DNA from: Calditrichota bacterium
GTDB taxonomy: Bacteria > Electryoneota > B3-LCP
Length of the DNA: 64,000 nt
Reading direction: 5' to 3'
Assembly: GCA_020051775.1 (NCBI GenBank)
Contig: JAGVQJ010000069.1
Location: 15,235-79,234, forward strand
The position numbers and the translations under genes are program-made. Positions 1 to 8,437 of the stretch are shown here, in pieces (position 1 is the stretch's first letter; each line of letters starts with the position of its first letter). The notes under the pieces are model-generated. The model was not told the DNA's origin. It did no database searches and saw only the letters and a list, made by a program, of their open reading frames with translations.

Positions 1-453
1 CAGCAGATCTTTCTGCGCTGTGATGAGCCAATCGCCGTAGCCAGGGCTGTAGCGCTTGGTCAGGATGAATCCCTGCAACCTGGCAGTGCGAGCAATTTCG
101 CGGTTCAGCTCCTCCATCAAGGCTTCGGCAGCCTCGGCGCCGTAGGCATTCAGCAGGAAGGCTCGCGTCATATCGCCGGATGACGATAACCGGGCAACCT
201 CCTCGTCAAGGGCAGGCCCAATGGTGATCGCGGAGAGATACAAACCGACGGAGCCGTTCATCCAGTCGAACACCTTCCGGCTCTGGATCTTGAATCCATC
301 GTGAACTTCGATAAGATCCGGTGGCGTCATGGCAATGGGTTGGAAACCGAAACAGGCCTGAGAAGTGATTAGTTCACGCCCCCGATGGATGGCTTCATCC
401 ACCAGGCCGCGCATCGAAGTGGGGATCTCCGCTTTTTGGGGTTTGAAACCCAT
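1..453 (-). CDS. Partial CDS (C-terminus runs off left edge); methionine-synthase (B12-dependent) activation-domain-like protein
   Basis: Not in the ORF track (open at window edge). Own translation of the minus strand from ATG at 453..451 gives MGFKPQKAEIPTSMRGLVDEAIHRGRELITSQACFGFQPIAMTPPDLIEVHDGF...LTKRYSPGYGDWLITAQKDLL. The R-x-SPGYGDW stretch resembles the Met_synt_B12 activation domain as I recall it. The frame stays open upstream to ~520 but without an ATG. Confidence 0.35.
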   Translation of the reverse strand, partial: MGFKPQKAEIPTSMRGLVDEAIHRGRELITSQACFGFQPIAMTPPDLIEVHDGFKIQSRKVFDWMNGSVGLYLSAITIGPALDEEVARLSSSGDMTRAFLLNAYGAEAAEALMEELNREIARTARLQGFILTKRYSPGYGDWLITAQKDLL

Positions 454-652
454 GCGGGCATAAACCTGTTTAAGCTCCGGTACGGCTTGAAGGCCGTTAA
501 CGATTAGCGGTTCGATGATAATCTCCGGTGATTTCGCATAATAACAAAAATTTACCCCCGGATAGGGGCAAAATCAAGTAATTTCGACGTGAATTAGAGT
601 GCATGGTGCCAATGGCACTTTTATCGGCGAATTGCTTCGCGAATTCGCCGGT

Positions 653-2440
653 TCACGCCGATAACTGCATCTCCTGCCCTTCGTACTGGAGTTGATACAA
701 GCGGTGATACAACCCCTGCTTGCGCAACAGTTCCTGGTGGGTGCCCATTTCACGCACCTCGCCCTCGTGCATGACCACAATCAGGTCGGCGCGCTGGATG
801 GTGGATAGCCGGTGTGCAATCACGATGGCCGTGCGGCCTTCCAGCAGGGCGGCAATAGCCTTCTGGATCAACTGCTCGGTTTCGGTGTCCACCGCAGAGG
901 TTGCTTCGTCCAAGATCAGAATGGGCGGATCGTGCACCAAAGCTCGGGCGAAGGCCAAAAGCTGCCGTTCGCCGGTGGACAGTGTTGCGCCTCTTTCTTC
1001 AAGTTTTTCGTCAAATTTGTCGGGCAGTTTTTCGATGAAGCGGGTAGCCGCTACGGCCTGAGCTGCCTGCTTCACCTTTTCGGACGGGATATCGCTACCC
1101 AAGCGGATATTCTCCTCCACGCTTCGCGCGAAGATGAAGACGTCCTGCTGCACGACTCCCAGCATGGATCTTAAAGCGTGCTGAGTGAAGTTGCGCACGT
1201 CCACATCATTGATGAGGATTTGCCCTTCCTGCAGATCATAAAAACGCGTTAGTAAACTGACCAGCGTGGTTTTGCCCGCCCCAGTGTGTCCCACGATAGC
1301 TACTGTTTTTCCGGCCTCTACTTTGAAACTGACGTTGCGTAGCACCCAGTCGCGCCCTTGATAAGCAAAGTTGACATTGCGGAATTCGATACTGGAGGGT
1401 TTTGCGTCCAGGTGGAGTGGTTTGGCCGGATCTTTAATTTCTTCTTCCTCATCCAGCAGTTTGAACAACCGCTCGGAGGAGGCCATGGCGCTTTGCAGGA
1501 TATTGTATTTTTCGGCCAAATCGCGGACCGGCATGTAGAAACGTTCAGCGTATTGAATGAAGGCGATCAACACGCCCAGAGTTAGTGCGCTCTTCAGGAT
1601 CATCGCACCACCCGACCAAAGGATCAATGCAATGGCCACGGCCGAGAGCAGCTCCACCACCGGGAAAAAGACGGCGAAGTAGAATACGGTTTTGACGTGC
1701 GAATCCCGCAGATCGGCGTTCAACTGCTGGTAGTGCTCCAAGTTGACTCTCTCCCGACGGAAAAGCTGCACGATGCGCATGCCGACGATGTTTTCCTGCA
1801 AGTAAGAGTTAACCCTGGCCAGCCGCTTGCGCATTTCGCGGAAACTATCCCGCACCTTGATTTTAAAAATAAAAGCCACCCAGAATAGCGCCGGTATCAC
1901 ACAGAATGTAATCAACGCCAGTTTCCAGTTCAAGAACAGCATGGCGGCGATGATGCCCAACAGAGCGAAAATATCCCCAAAAATGGCCACTACTCCCTGC
2001 GTGAACATATTGTTGATCACTTCCACATCCGACGAAATGCGGGTCATGATGCGGCCAACGGGGTTGCGGTCGAAATAAGCAATGGGCAGGCGAGCCAGCT
2101 TGTCGAACAGTTCGCTGCGCATGTCGAACATGATCTTCTGGCCCACCCAGTTGGTCAGGTAGATCTGCAGGAAACGGCAGACAAACAGGCCGATCAAAAC
2201 CAGCGAATACCAGACCAGGATGTGCAGCAGGCCGGTCATGTCTTTCTGCGGGATGAACACGTCTACGGCGTTCTTAGTCAGTAGTGGACCGATTAATTCC
2301 AAACCGGAGACGACCAGCAGCAGGAACACTCCCCCCAGCAACAGAAACCGGTAGGGTTTGCCGTAGCGCAACAATCGCTTCATCAATCGGGCGTCGTACG
2401 CTTTGCCCGTTATTTCATCATCATCGAAGGGATTTGACAT
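653..2440 (-). CDS. ABC transporter, fused permease/ATP-binding protein (MsbA-type exporter)
   Basis: 595 aa. N-terminal half hydrophobic (about 6 TM helices). Walker A GHTGAGKTT, ABC signature LSTGERQLLAFARAL, Walker B ILILDEATSAVD, H-loop IAHRLSTI. Confidence 0.9.
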   Translation of the reverse strand: MSNPFDDDEITGKAYDARLMKRLLRYGKPYRFLLLGGVFLLLVVSGLELIGPLLTKNAVDVFIPQKDMTGLLHILVWYSLVLIGLFVCRFLQIYLTNWVGQKIMFDMRSELFDKLARLPIAYFDRNPVGRIMTRISSDVEVINNMFTQGVVAIFGDIFALLGIIAAMLFLNWKLALITFCVIPALFWVAFIFKIKVRDSFREMRKRLARVNSYLQENIVGMRIVQLFRRERVNLEHYQQLNADLRDSHVKTVFYFAVFFPVVELLSAVAIALILWSGGAMILKSALTLGVLIAFIQYAERFYMPVRDLAEKYNILQSAMASSERLFKLLDEEEEIKDPAKPLHLDAKPSSIEFRNVNFAYQGRDWVLRNVSFKVEAGKTVAIVGHTGAGKTTLVSLLTRFYDLQEGQILINDVDVRNFTQHALRSMLGVVQQDVFIFARSVEENIRLGSDIPSEKVKQAAQAVAATRFIEKLPDKFDEKLEERGATLSTGERQLLAFARALVHDPPILILDEATSAVDTETEQLIQKAIAALLEGRTAIVIAHRLSTIQRADLIVVMHEGEVREMGTHQELLRKQGLYHRLYQLQYEGQEMQLSA

Positions 2441-2571
2441 GGTTTTATCCCCCCTTTATCAAGGGGGGTGGGGATCTTTCCGTAGTTATACGAGCGTTTA
2501 GAGCTATATGTGCTACGTAAAACGGGCCGCTCCCAAGCGTCGAGCGACCCGCTATTTCACAACGAATCAAT

Positions 2572-2988
2572 CTATGTGCTGCCTGATACCAGGCTTTCCG
2601 GCTGCACCATGATTTTGACTCCCGTTTTGGCGCCGGCGTCGGAAAGGCGTTGCCTGAGCACGTTCAAATCGCTGGTTGCTCCTGCTGTATCAACCAAAGC
2701 CAGCATAACCTGAAATCCACCCATGATCCTTTCCACCCGATCTGCTATTCGGCAACCGGTGTCCTGCAAGCCTTGCGACAGTGCTTCGGCATTCGCGCGG
2801 TTATCCGGCGACAGACAGATTATCAAGAGCCGTTCCGGGCGCGATCCCGGTTTTGGCGCGTCGGTCTCCATCTGTGCCACCACCCGGCTGACGATCTGGT
2901 GCAACCGCTCGTAGGTGGCGGCTTCACCCAGCTCTTCCTGGGCGGTTTTCGCGATGGCGCGAATCTGATCTTCGGTGAGTTTGGTCAT
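2572..2988 (-). CDS. Hypothetical protein (138 aa), co-transcribed downstream of the BMC-T shell gene
   Basis: Complete ORF overlapping the stop of the BMC-T gene by 4 nt. No motif I can assign; it is not a recognisable BMC, EutN or GTPase fold by eye. Confidence 0.5.
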   Translation of the reverse strand: MTKLTEDQIRAIAKTAQEELGEAATYERLHQIVSRVVAQMETDAPKPGSRPERLLIICLSPDNRANAEALSQGLQDTGCRIADRVERIMGGFQVMLALVDTAGATSDLNVLRQRLSDAGAKTGVKIMVQPESLVSGST

Positions 2989-3554
2989 GATAGTATATTA
3001 AATATCTCTTCTCTCGGCTGCGGAATCACCACTTTGCGCACCAGCAGCCCCTGATCCAACGCGGCCTGAGCGCCCGCATCCACAGCGTTGCGTACGGCAG
3101 CCACGTCGCCGGTCAGTGTGACGAAGGCTTTGCCTCCGATGCCAATTCCCATCCGGATTTCCATCAAGGCAATCTGCGCCGTCTTGCAGGCGCGGTCGGC
3201 AGCGAGCACGGCAGAAGCCGCCGAAAACGTCTCGATGACGCCGATGGCGTTGACCGTCGGATTCCAGGAGGAGGCGATCAGGGCGGGGTAGACCTGCGGG
3301 TGGACGTTGGGGATGACGAAGTCGTCCACGCAGGCGATGGCGCCCACGCTTTTGCCCTCTTCCACGGAAGCGCGCACGGCGGCGGTGTCGCCGCGCACCA
3401 GAGCGATGTACTTGCCCGAGCAGATGGTCTTGGCGATAACCAGTTCCACCTGCGAGATCTTCAGCATGGCGTCCGCCGCTTCAATCCCCACGGCGATGGA
3501 GTTGAACTCGACCATGCCTAACGCGGACGAATGAGTAGTAGTGTTATTTGGCAT
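2985..3554 (-). CDS. Tandem BMC-domain (BMC-T) shell protein, PduT-like
   Basis: 189 aa with two BMC domains: ALGMVEFNSIAVGIEAADAMLKISQVELV...RGDTAAVRASVEEG and AIGVIETFSAASAVLAADRACKTAQIALMEIRMGIGIGGKAFVTLTGDVAAVRNAVDAG. Length and the GIGGK/GDV-AV motifs match my recollection of Salmonella PduT. The PduT cluster-binding Cys in GIGGKC is Ala here (GIGGKAF). Confidence 0.75.
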   Translation of the reverse strand: MPNNTTTHSSALGMVEFNSIAVGIEAADAMLKISQVELVIAKTICSGKYIALVRGDTAAVRASVEEGKSVGAIACVDDFVIPNVHPQVYPALIASSWNPTVNAIGVIETFSAASAVLAADRACKTAQIALMEIRMGIGIGGKAFVTLTGDVAAVRNAVDAGAQAALDQGLLVRKVVIPQPREEIFNILS

Positions 3555-3606
3555 TGGGGTGATGGGTACGTTACAGTTTGTTATTAAAGAATTTATGAAT
3601 TAGGAG

Positions 3607-4026
3607 TTATGAGTTATGAAAATTCGATGATTCCTTTTGTAATTTTTCCAGCCGTTTAATTCTATCTCTAAAATTAATGAGCATGGCGATAACCACACTC
3701 TGCAGAATTATTATCAGGAATACAAGTCGCTCCGTTTTAAGCATCTCAAATATTGAATAAATAGGTGGCCCGATAACTAGTAACAGAATAGCTATTCCGA
3801 TTATTGCTAAAATCAATAAAAATAATTTCTGGATCAGCCATTCCCATGCTTTAACTATTATTCCCGTCTTCGCTCCATTATCATAAAATGGCATTTTGGT
3901 AGGATCTAATAAAAAATCCTTGTCTTTAAAGAGTTTCTTATGAAGGGATGCCATGGATTCCTCCTGGACCGTCATTGCGTACTGAGTAATTTCTGCAGGG
4001 TCAGCGATATGCAACTCAACAGTCAA
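3607..4026 (-). CDS. Hypothetical small membrane protein (2 predicted TM helices), low-GC cassette gene 2
   Basis: 139 aa. Hydrophobic stretches LFLLILAIIGIAILLLVIGPPIY and LVFLIIILQSVVIAMLI. Markedly AT-rich compared with flanking genes. Confidence 0.5.
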   Translation of the reverse strand: MTVELHIADPAEITQYAMTVQEESMASLHKKLFKDKDFLLDPTKMPFYDNGAKTGIIVKAWEWLIQKLFLLILAIIGIAILLLVIGPPIYSIFEMLKTERLVFLIIILQSVVIAMLINFRDRIKRLEKLQKESSNFHNS

Positions 4027-4088
4027 TTTTGTCCTATTTAGGATTACGCTTTGCCAGGCAAACCTAACTGATTTATCACCTACAGCAT

Positions 4089-4799
4089 TTATTGAATTGG
4101 ATCTTTAAATACCTTGTAAATATTTTTGATAATCCAAAATACTTGAAGTGCCTCATTCGCTATATTTTCAAAATACCTTGTTTCAACACAATATCCAAGC
4201 ATATGTTTCTGCTTTTTTTCATCAAACATCCACCATTGTCCAGTCCATGCAGAAGAAGGATGAATAAAAATAGAACCATCCCTAAATATGCTCGAATATT
4301 TCTCACTCATATTGTACTTATATTCTTGTTGAGAATATTGAGTAAGAAGGCGGCAGAGTGTGCAAAGATTTAAATCTTTATTATTGTACTTGAATGTTTT
4401 ATACCAAGGATGAGAGCTAATTCTTCCCTCAGACTTTGAATGCATGAAGAATCTTTCTGATCGCACTTCCCTTTTATCTTGTTCGGACAGGATAAAAAGT
4501 AACGAAGCTAGATTGTCGAATATTACTCTAAGATGTATGTAAGCCGAGGACAGATTTACTAACTTTAAGCTCACATGAAACATAATGCTATGATTATAAT
4601 GCCATAAAAGATGACTCAGCAATGCACCAGAAAAATAGTTACTCGGCTCCAATCCATTTTGAAAATGCTCCTGGATATGATTTAATATTTCTTGGTGTTC
4701 ATCAATTTCACTCTCAAGTTTTCCAATAAGCTGGTTGAATCTTTCGTTGTCCGTAAATAAATAAGGCACTCTAGTTTTTATATCATTCCAATAATCCAT
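4089..4799 (-). CDS. Hypothetical cytoplasmic protein (236 aa), low-GC cassette gene 1
   Basis: Complete ORF, AT-rich, no signal peptide. Only a weak R-x6-H stretch (RSERFFMH) reminiscent of HEPN motifs; no family assigned. Confidence 0.45.
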   Translation of the reverse strand: MDYWNDIKTRVPYLFTDNERFNQLIGKLESEIDEHQEILNHIQEHFQNGLEPSNYFSGALLSHLLWHYNHSIMFHVSLKLVNLSSAYIHLRVIFDNLASLLFILSEQDKREVRSERFFMHSKSEGRISSHPWYKTFKYNNKDLNLCTLCRLLTQYSQQEYKYNMSEKYSSIFRDGSIFIHPSSAWTGQWWMFDEKKQKHMLGYCVETRYFENIANEALQVFWIIKNIYKVFKDPIQ

Positions 4800-4878
4800 T
4801 ACTTTTCTCCATTTTCGGTGATGATGGTCTGTGTACCCCTGGCTTGCTCACATACCGGGCATATCCTATCCCATTTTT

Positions 4879-4985
4879 GTCCGGGAATGAATTCCCGGAC
4901 TACCTTCCTTCGATCCACTAAAGCGGATGTTTTACGTTCACTTAAGTGGACTGAAGCTTTTTAGCCCGGAAATTCATTTCCGGGG
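4879..4985. repeat. Pair of mutually inverted 18-bp hairpins (ccgggaatgaattcccgg / ccggaaattcatttccgg) flanking ~65 bp, plus a central near-palindrome gttcacttaagtggac
   Basis: Read directly. The second hairpin is the reverse complement of the first with a compensatory G-C to A-T change at the same stem position. Confidence 0.5.
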
Positions 4986-5027
4986 GACGGCTCTAACATA
5001 TTCCGCGACCGCGGATGCACTTCAACT

Positions 5028-5243
5028 TCACGTGTCGCACTCGATGCCCGCCTCCTTCGATTGCAGCGGCGGGCAGGGGTGATCGGCATACGAACAGAAC
5101 ACGCAGCAGTCGCCGGGTTTGGGGGTCAGGACGGCGCCGCAACCCTCGCAGGTGTAGGTGTGCAGGCAGTAATTAACCGGCATCTCCATCTCGACTTGAT
5201 GGCTGCAAACCGGGCAGGTCAAAGTAGCACGAGTGTATATCAT
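5028..5243 (-). CDS. GDCCVxC-domain zinc-ribbon protein
   Basis: 71 aa. CPVC...CEGCG...GDCCVFC cysteine pattern. Start overlaps the stop of the upstream formyltransferase gene (translational coupling). Confidence 0.6.
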   Translation of the reverse strand: MIYTRATLTCPVCSHQVEMEMPVNYCLHTYTCEGCGAVLTPKPGDCCVFCSYADHPCPPLQSKEAGIECDT

Positions 5244-6433
5244 TAGCTTTCAGGCGTTTTTAGTATTTTTTGGTCAATGAATTTTATTAAACCCGGGTGC
5301 ATGAAATAATAGGTCAATCCCTTCGTCTGATCGTTGGGAATTTTATGTTCGGGTTGTTGCGAGACTCTTTGGATCGCTTCAACAACGCGCTCGCTCAGGC
5401 GGCTTCGCACGGCCCGTTTTACCGAACGACAGGACCTGTGGATCTTCACGGCTTTATCGTAAGTGTAGATTCCAACAATGCTGCCAGTGTCCACTGACTC
5501 CTGGATGAAGTGTAGTGTCGCGCAGACCGGAAACCCGAACAGCAGCGAATATTCGATCGTAGACCGACCCCGCACAAACGGCAGCACACCCCAGTGGTCG
5601 TTCAGCAGCCCGGTATGAAAGGAGCTGATGATATTGTTCTTAATGATAAAACCCAGCTTGTGGAAGCCCAGGTCCAGATTTCGGGCTTTCAGAATGTCTG
5701 TGACCTTGGGATCTTTGTAGTGCAAGTTCAGGGTTTGGAAGGGCAGACGAACGCCCTTGATCCACAGCGCACTACGGAAGATTAATCTACTACGCAGAAT
5801 CCATCGTTTGATCTTCTGGCTATGGTGCGGGAGAAAGAAGACTTCAACTTCGTACCCGTCCCGCTTCAAGGCTGTATAAATGTCGTTAAAAAACGTTGGC
5901 GTGCCGATCAAGCCGATGCGAGGCTTGCGTGTCTGGACTTGTCTCGAATCGGGTTCTACTCTCATCGAAACCTGTTGGACGAATTGCCGCACTTCCTCCC
6001 GGCGTGCCAAGGGAAAACTGTGAAAGCCATCATGGTCCAGGCAAGAATGAAAATGCTGCACACCGAGATGCAGATAGTCATCCAGATCCGTATTTTTCTT
6101 ATAAAACCACAGCAGTTCGTTGAAATAGCGCACGTCGCTGGACAGAAGGTAACCCAGCAGGAGGAATTTCACCACATGGACTCTGGCAACCGGAATTAAA
6201 GGCGCTTTTCTTTTGAAATGAATCTGGTGAAGCAGCAGATCGAAGAATCTGAAATCACGCGGAAAGATTTTCTTCACTGAATCCCAGTGATCGAAACCTG
6301 AGCCGATCAAATCCTCCCACTGCGGAGCGGGAACCAACGATCCTGAAGTCCCTGGTGACAACAATTGCTGCTTGAATTCTGCCAGGTCGCCTCGCCGAAG
6401 CCGGGGATCGTCGAGATCAAGCGACATCGCCAT
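5243..6433 (-). CDS. Two-domain protein: unknown N-terminal domain (~170 aa) + C-terminal formyltransferase domain
   Basis: 396 aa. C-terminal half has Formyl_trans_N-like motifs (RIGLIGTPTFF..., HTGLLNDHWGVLPFVRGRSTIEYSLLFGFPVCATLHFIQESVDTGSIVG), comparable to Fmt, PurN or ArnA N-domains. Confidence 0.6.
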   Translation of the reverse strand: MAMSLDLDDPRLRRGDLAEFKQQLLSPGTSGSLVPAPQWEDLIGSGFDHWDSVKKIFPRDFRFFDLLLHQIHFKRKAPLIPVARVHVVKFLLLGYLLSSDVRYFNELLWFYKKNTDLDDYLHLGVQHFHSCLDHDGFHSFPLARREEVRQFVQQVSMRVEPDSRQVQTRKPRIGLIGTPTFFNDIYTALKRDGYEVEVFFLPHHSQKIKRWILRSRLIFRSALWIKGVRLPFQTLNLHYKDPKVTDILKARNLDLGFHKLGFIIKNNIISSFHTGLLNDHWGVLPFVRGRSTIEYSLLFGFPVCATLHFIQESVDTGSIVGIYTYDKAVKIHRSCRSVKRAVRSRLSERVVEAIQRVSQQPEHKIPNDQTKGLTYYFMHPGLIKFIDQKILKTPES

Positions 6434-7535
6434 ACCGAACGTATTGGGGATTCTCCGTCACCTCTTGCCAGAAAGAAGTCAAATCAGTGAATTCGATCTC
6501 CTCCGCATATTTATCCATGAGGTAGCGTATAAATCTTTCGACGTCAAGGTAGCTCTTTGCGTACAGCTTCGTGTGACTCTCGATAATGATGGGTATGCGC
6601 TCGGCGGGGTGCTTCCGCAACCGTTGGATGACAGCGTCGAAGGAAGATTTCAAATAACAGAAAGGCTGACCGCCGATCTTCAAGTGCGTCATATAAGGCC
6701 TTGAAGATAAATGAAGCCTTACTTTTCCCTCTAAAGGGCTTGGCCCCTCACGGGCTTCAGTTTCGGAGCAATCGTATTGATCGCGTCCCGATTGAGACTG
6801 CCCTAATTTCGCTTTCACCGCGTTAGCGGCCAACCGGGACAGAGTCCACGGATCAGGGGAGTAGTAAGCCAGAGGAATGATTACCAGGGAATTTCTTGCC
6901 CGAGACACTCGAGTGACGTCCCGCTGGTCGGGATGATACGGCAATGTATCCTCCTCCAGCGTCGTATAATCAATCTGAGCATTGGGAATTACCAGTCCTT
7001 TACGCACGCCCAAGATGATTTGAATATTGAATCGCGTGAGGTGACCCTGCAGTACTTCAAACGGTTGCAGCGCCCAGGTTCCAGCCTTGAATGCATGGAT
7101 TTTAAAGGCGGGATCAAGGTCTTGCAACAAATCCTGCAAGTATTCTACAGAATCCTTCAGGAGCTTTTCCTGAAACAGTGAATCATAAGAGGCCAGGTTC
7201 CAGTTGAGACCGACCTTGAGTCGGCCCTCCTTCAACGTGGCTTCACACCACTGGGGATGCAAATGCAACTGGACGTCGAATCCACTCTCCTTCATCAGTC
7301 TGACGGTAGCATCCCACAACTGACGTTGCAGCCGAATGCGGGGATCGGCGTCCTGAAATCGAATGAAAGCCAACTGCTGGGCTACTTCGACCATGAAGGT
7401 TAGCTTGAGGTTCAGCTTGCGAGCCAGGTTCATTAAAAAGAGCGACGGCAAATACTGATGTGAAGCCACGTTCCCAGAGCCGTTCCCCATCAGCTCCCAG
7501 TCGTCCTCGATCAGAACACAAAATTTCTTTTTCAT
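6417..7535 (-). CDS. Hypothetical protein, possibly polysaccharide-deacetylase/carbohydrate-esterase-like
   Basis: 372 aa, overlaps the formyltransferase gene by 17 nt. Assignment is a weak impression only (HLHPQWCE, HAFKAGTWAL stretches). Confidence 0.35.
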   Translation of the reverse strand: MKKKFCVLIEDDWELMGNGSGNVASHQYLPSLFLMNLARKLNLKLTFMVEVAQQLAFIRFQDADPRIRLQRQLWDATVRLMKESGFDVQLHLHPQWCEATLKEGRLKVGLNWNLASYDSLFQEKLLKDSVEYLQDLLQDLDPAFKIHAFKAGTWALQPFEVLQGHLTRFNIQIILGVRKGLVIPNAQIDYTTLEEDTLPYHPDQRDVTRVSRARNSLVIIPLAYYSPDPWTLSRLAANAVKAKLGQSQSGRDQYDCSETEAREGPSPLEGKVRLHLSSRPYMTHLKIGGQPFCYLKSSFDAVIQRLRKHPAERIPIIIESHTKLYAKSYLDVERFIRYLMDKYAEEIEFTDLTSFWQEVTENPQYVRYGDVA

Positions 7536-7573
7536 CTAAAATCATAAGTAAGATTAAGAAACTTGTATTTATT

Positions 7574-8437
7574 TCAAGTTGTAGCTTGCGCGTTATGGCG
7601 TTTGCCCTTAGTGGGCGGCGCTTTTTTTGACAGTCTCAGGTAAAGAATTATCCCTACCATCAACATGACAAAGGCCAAAACCTGGTAAACTGTGAGGTAT
7701 ATTGCGCTGGTGTGGACCAGAAACTCACTGGGGACGTATTCCCTCAGCATGTCAATGAAAAACCTCCAGATTCCGTACCCGATCAGGAAAAGCGAAAAAG
7801 TATAACCGGGAAATTTTTTCCAGCGTTCAAGCCACTGCAACCCCGCGAACAGGGCTATAGCCCAAATCGCCTCGAAAAGTTGCGTCGGTAACACGGGGAT
7901 TCCGGGGAATTCACTACCTGCCGGTGAATCCGGAGGAAAGATCATTCCCAGACCGCTGTGCGTGGGAACTCCGTAACAGCAGCCGTTGGCGAAGCAGCCA
8001 ATTCGTCCCAGGGAAATCCCCAGGGCCAGAGACGGCGCCACCACATCGGCGATCTTCCACAAATTCAGCTTCTTTCGGCGCATAAACCAGATGGACGCTG
8101 CCGCGCCTAAAGCGATACCGCCCAACAGGTCCATACCTGCGATCCCAAAGTTCCCACTTGGCTGAATGGGATTGATCGTGGATAGCCAGTTTCCTTGGAA
8201 TTCCTTGAGATGTGTCAACACGTACAGGATGCGAGCTCCAGCCAAAGAACTGAACAGGATCCACAGCGAGAGATCCCAGATAATTCCACTTTTCAGGCCG
8301 GCCTTCTCACCCCGTTTTACAGCCACTAAGATGCCCACAAAGAAAGCCAGCATCATCATCAAGCCGTACGTGTAAATGGCGAACGGACCGATTCTTACGA
8401 TTTCAGGAAACATGCGATTTTTTTGGTTTGCCCTCAA
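7574..8437 (-). CDS. lgt: Prolipoprotein diacylglyceryl transferase
   Basis: 287 aa polytopic membrane protein. GRIGCFANGCCYG and PTQLFE motifs typical of Lgt. Confidence 0.85.
   Translation of the reverse strand: MRANQKNRMFPEIVRIGPFAIYTYGLMMMLAFFVGILVAVKRGEKAGLKSGIIWDLSLWILFSSLAGARILYVLTHLKEFQGNWLSTINPIQPSGNFGIAGMDLLGGIALGAAASIWFMRRKKLNLWKIADVVAPSLALGISLGRIGCFANGCCYGVPTHSGLGMIFPPDSPAGSEFPGIPVLPTQLFEAIWAIALFAGLQWLERWKKFPGYTFSLFLIGYGIWRFFIDMLREYVPSEFLVHTSAIYLTVYQVLAFVMLMVGIILYLRLSKKAPPTKGKRHNAQATT

Noticed and set aside
720-2078. Several plus-strand ORFs (75-120 aa) inside the ABC transporter gene
   Set aside because: Antisense shadow ORFs typical of GC-rich coding DNA. The minus-strand frame has complete Walker/ABC motifs.
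2447-2470. Hairpin cccccctttatcaagggggg just upstream of the ABC transporter start
   Set aside because: No adjacent T-run on either strand, so not called as a terminator; possibly an incidental G/C-tract hairpin.
5028-5243. Checked GDCCVxC, HdrA, MvhD and hydrogenase large-subunit genes for in-frame TGA (selenocysteine)
   Set aside because: All conserved Cys positions are encoded by TGY codons. No in-frame TGA with a plausible downstream stem-loop was seen.
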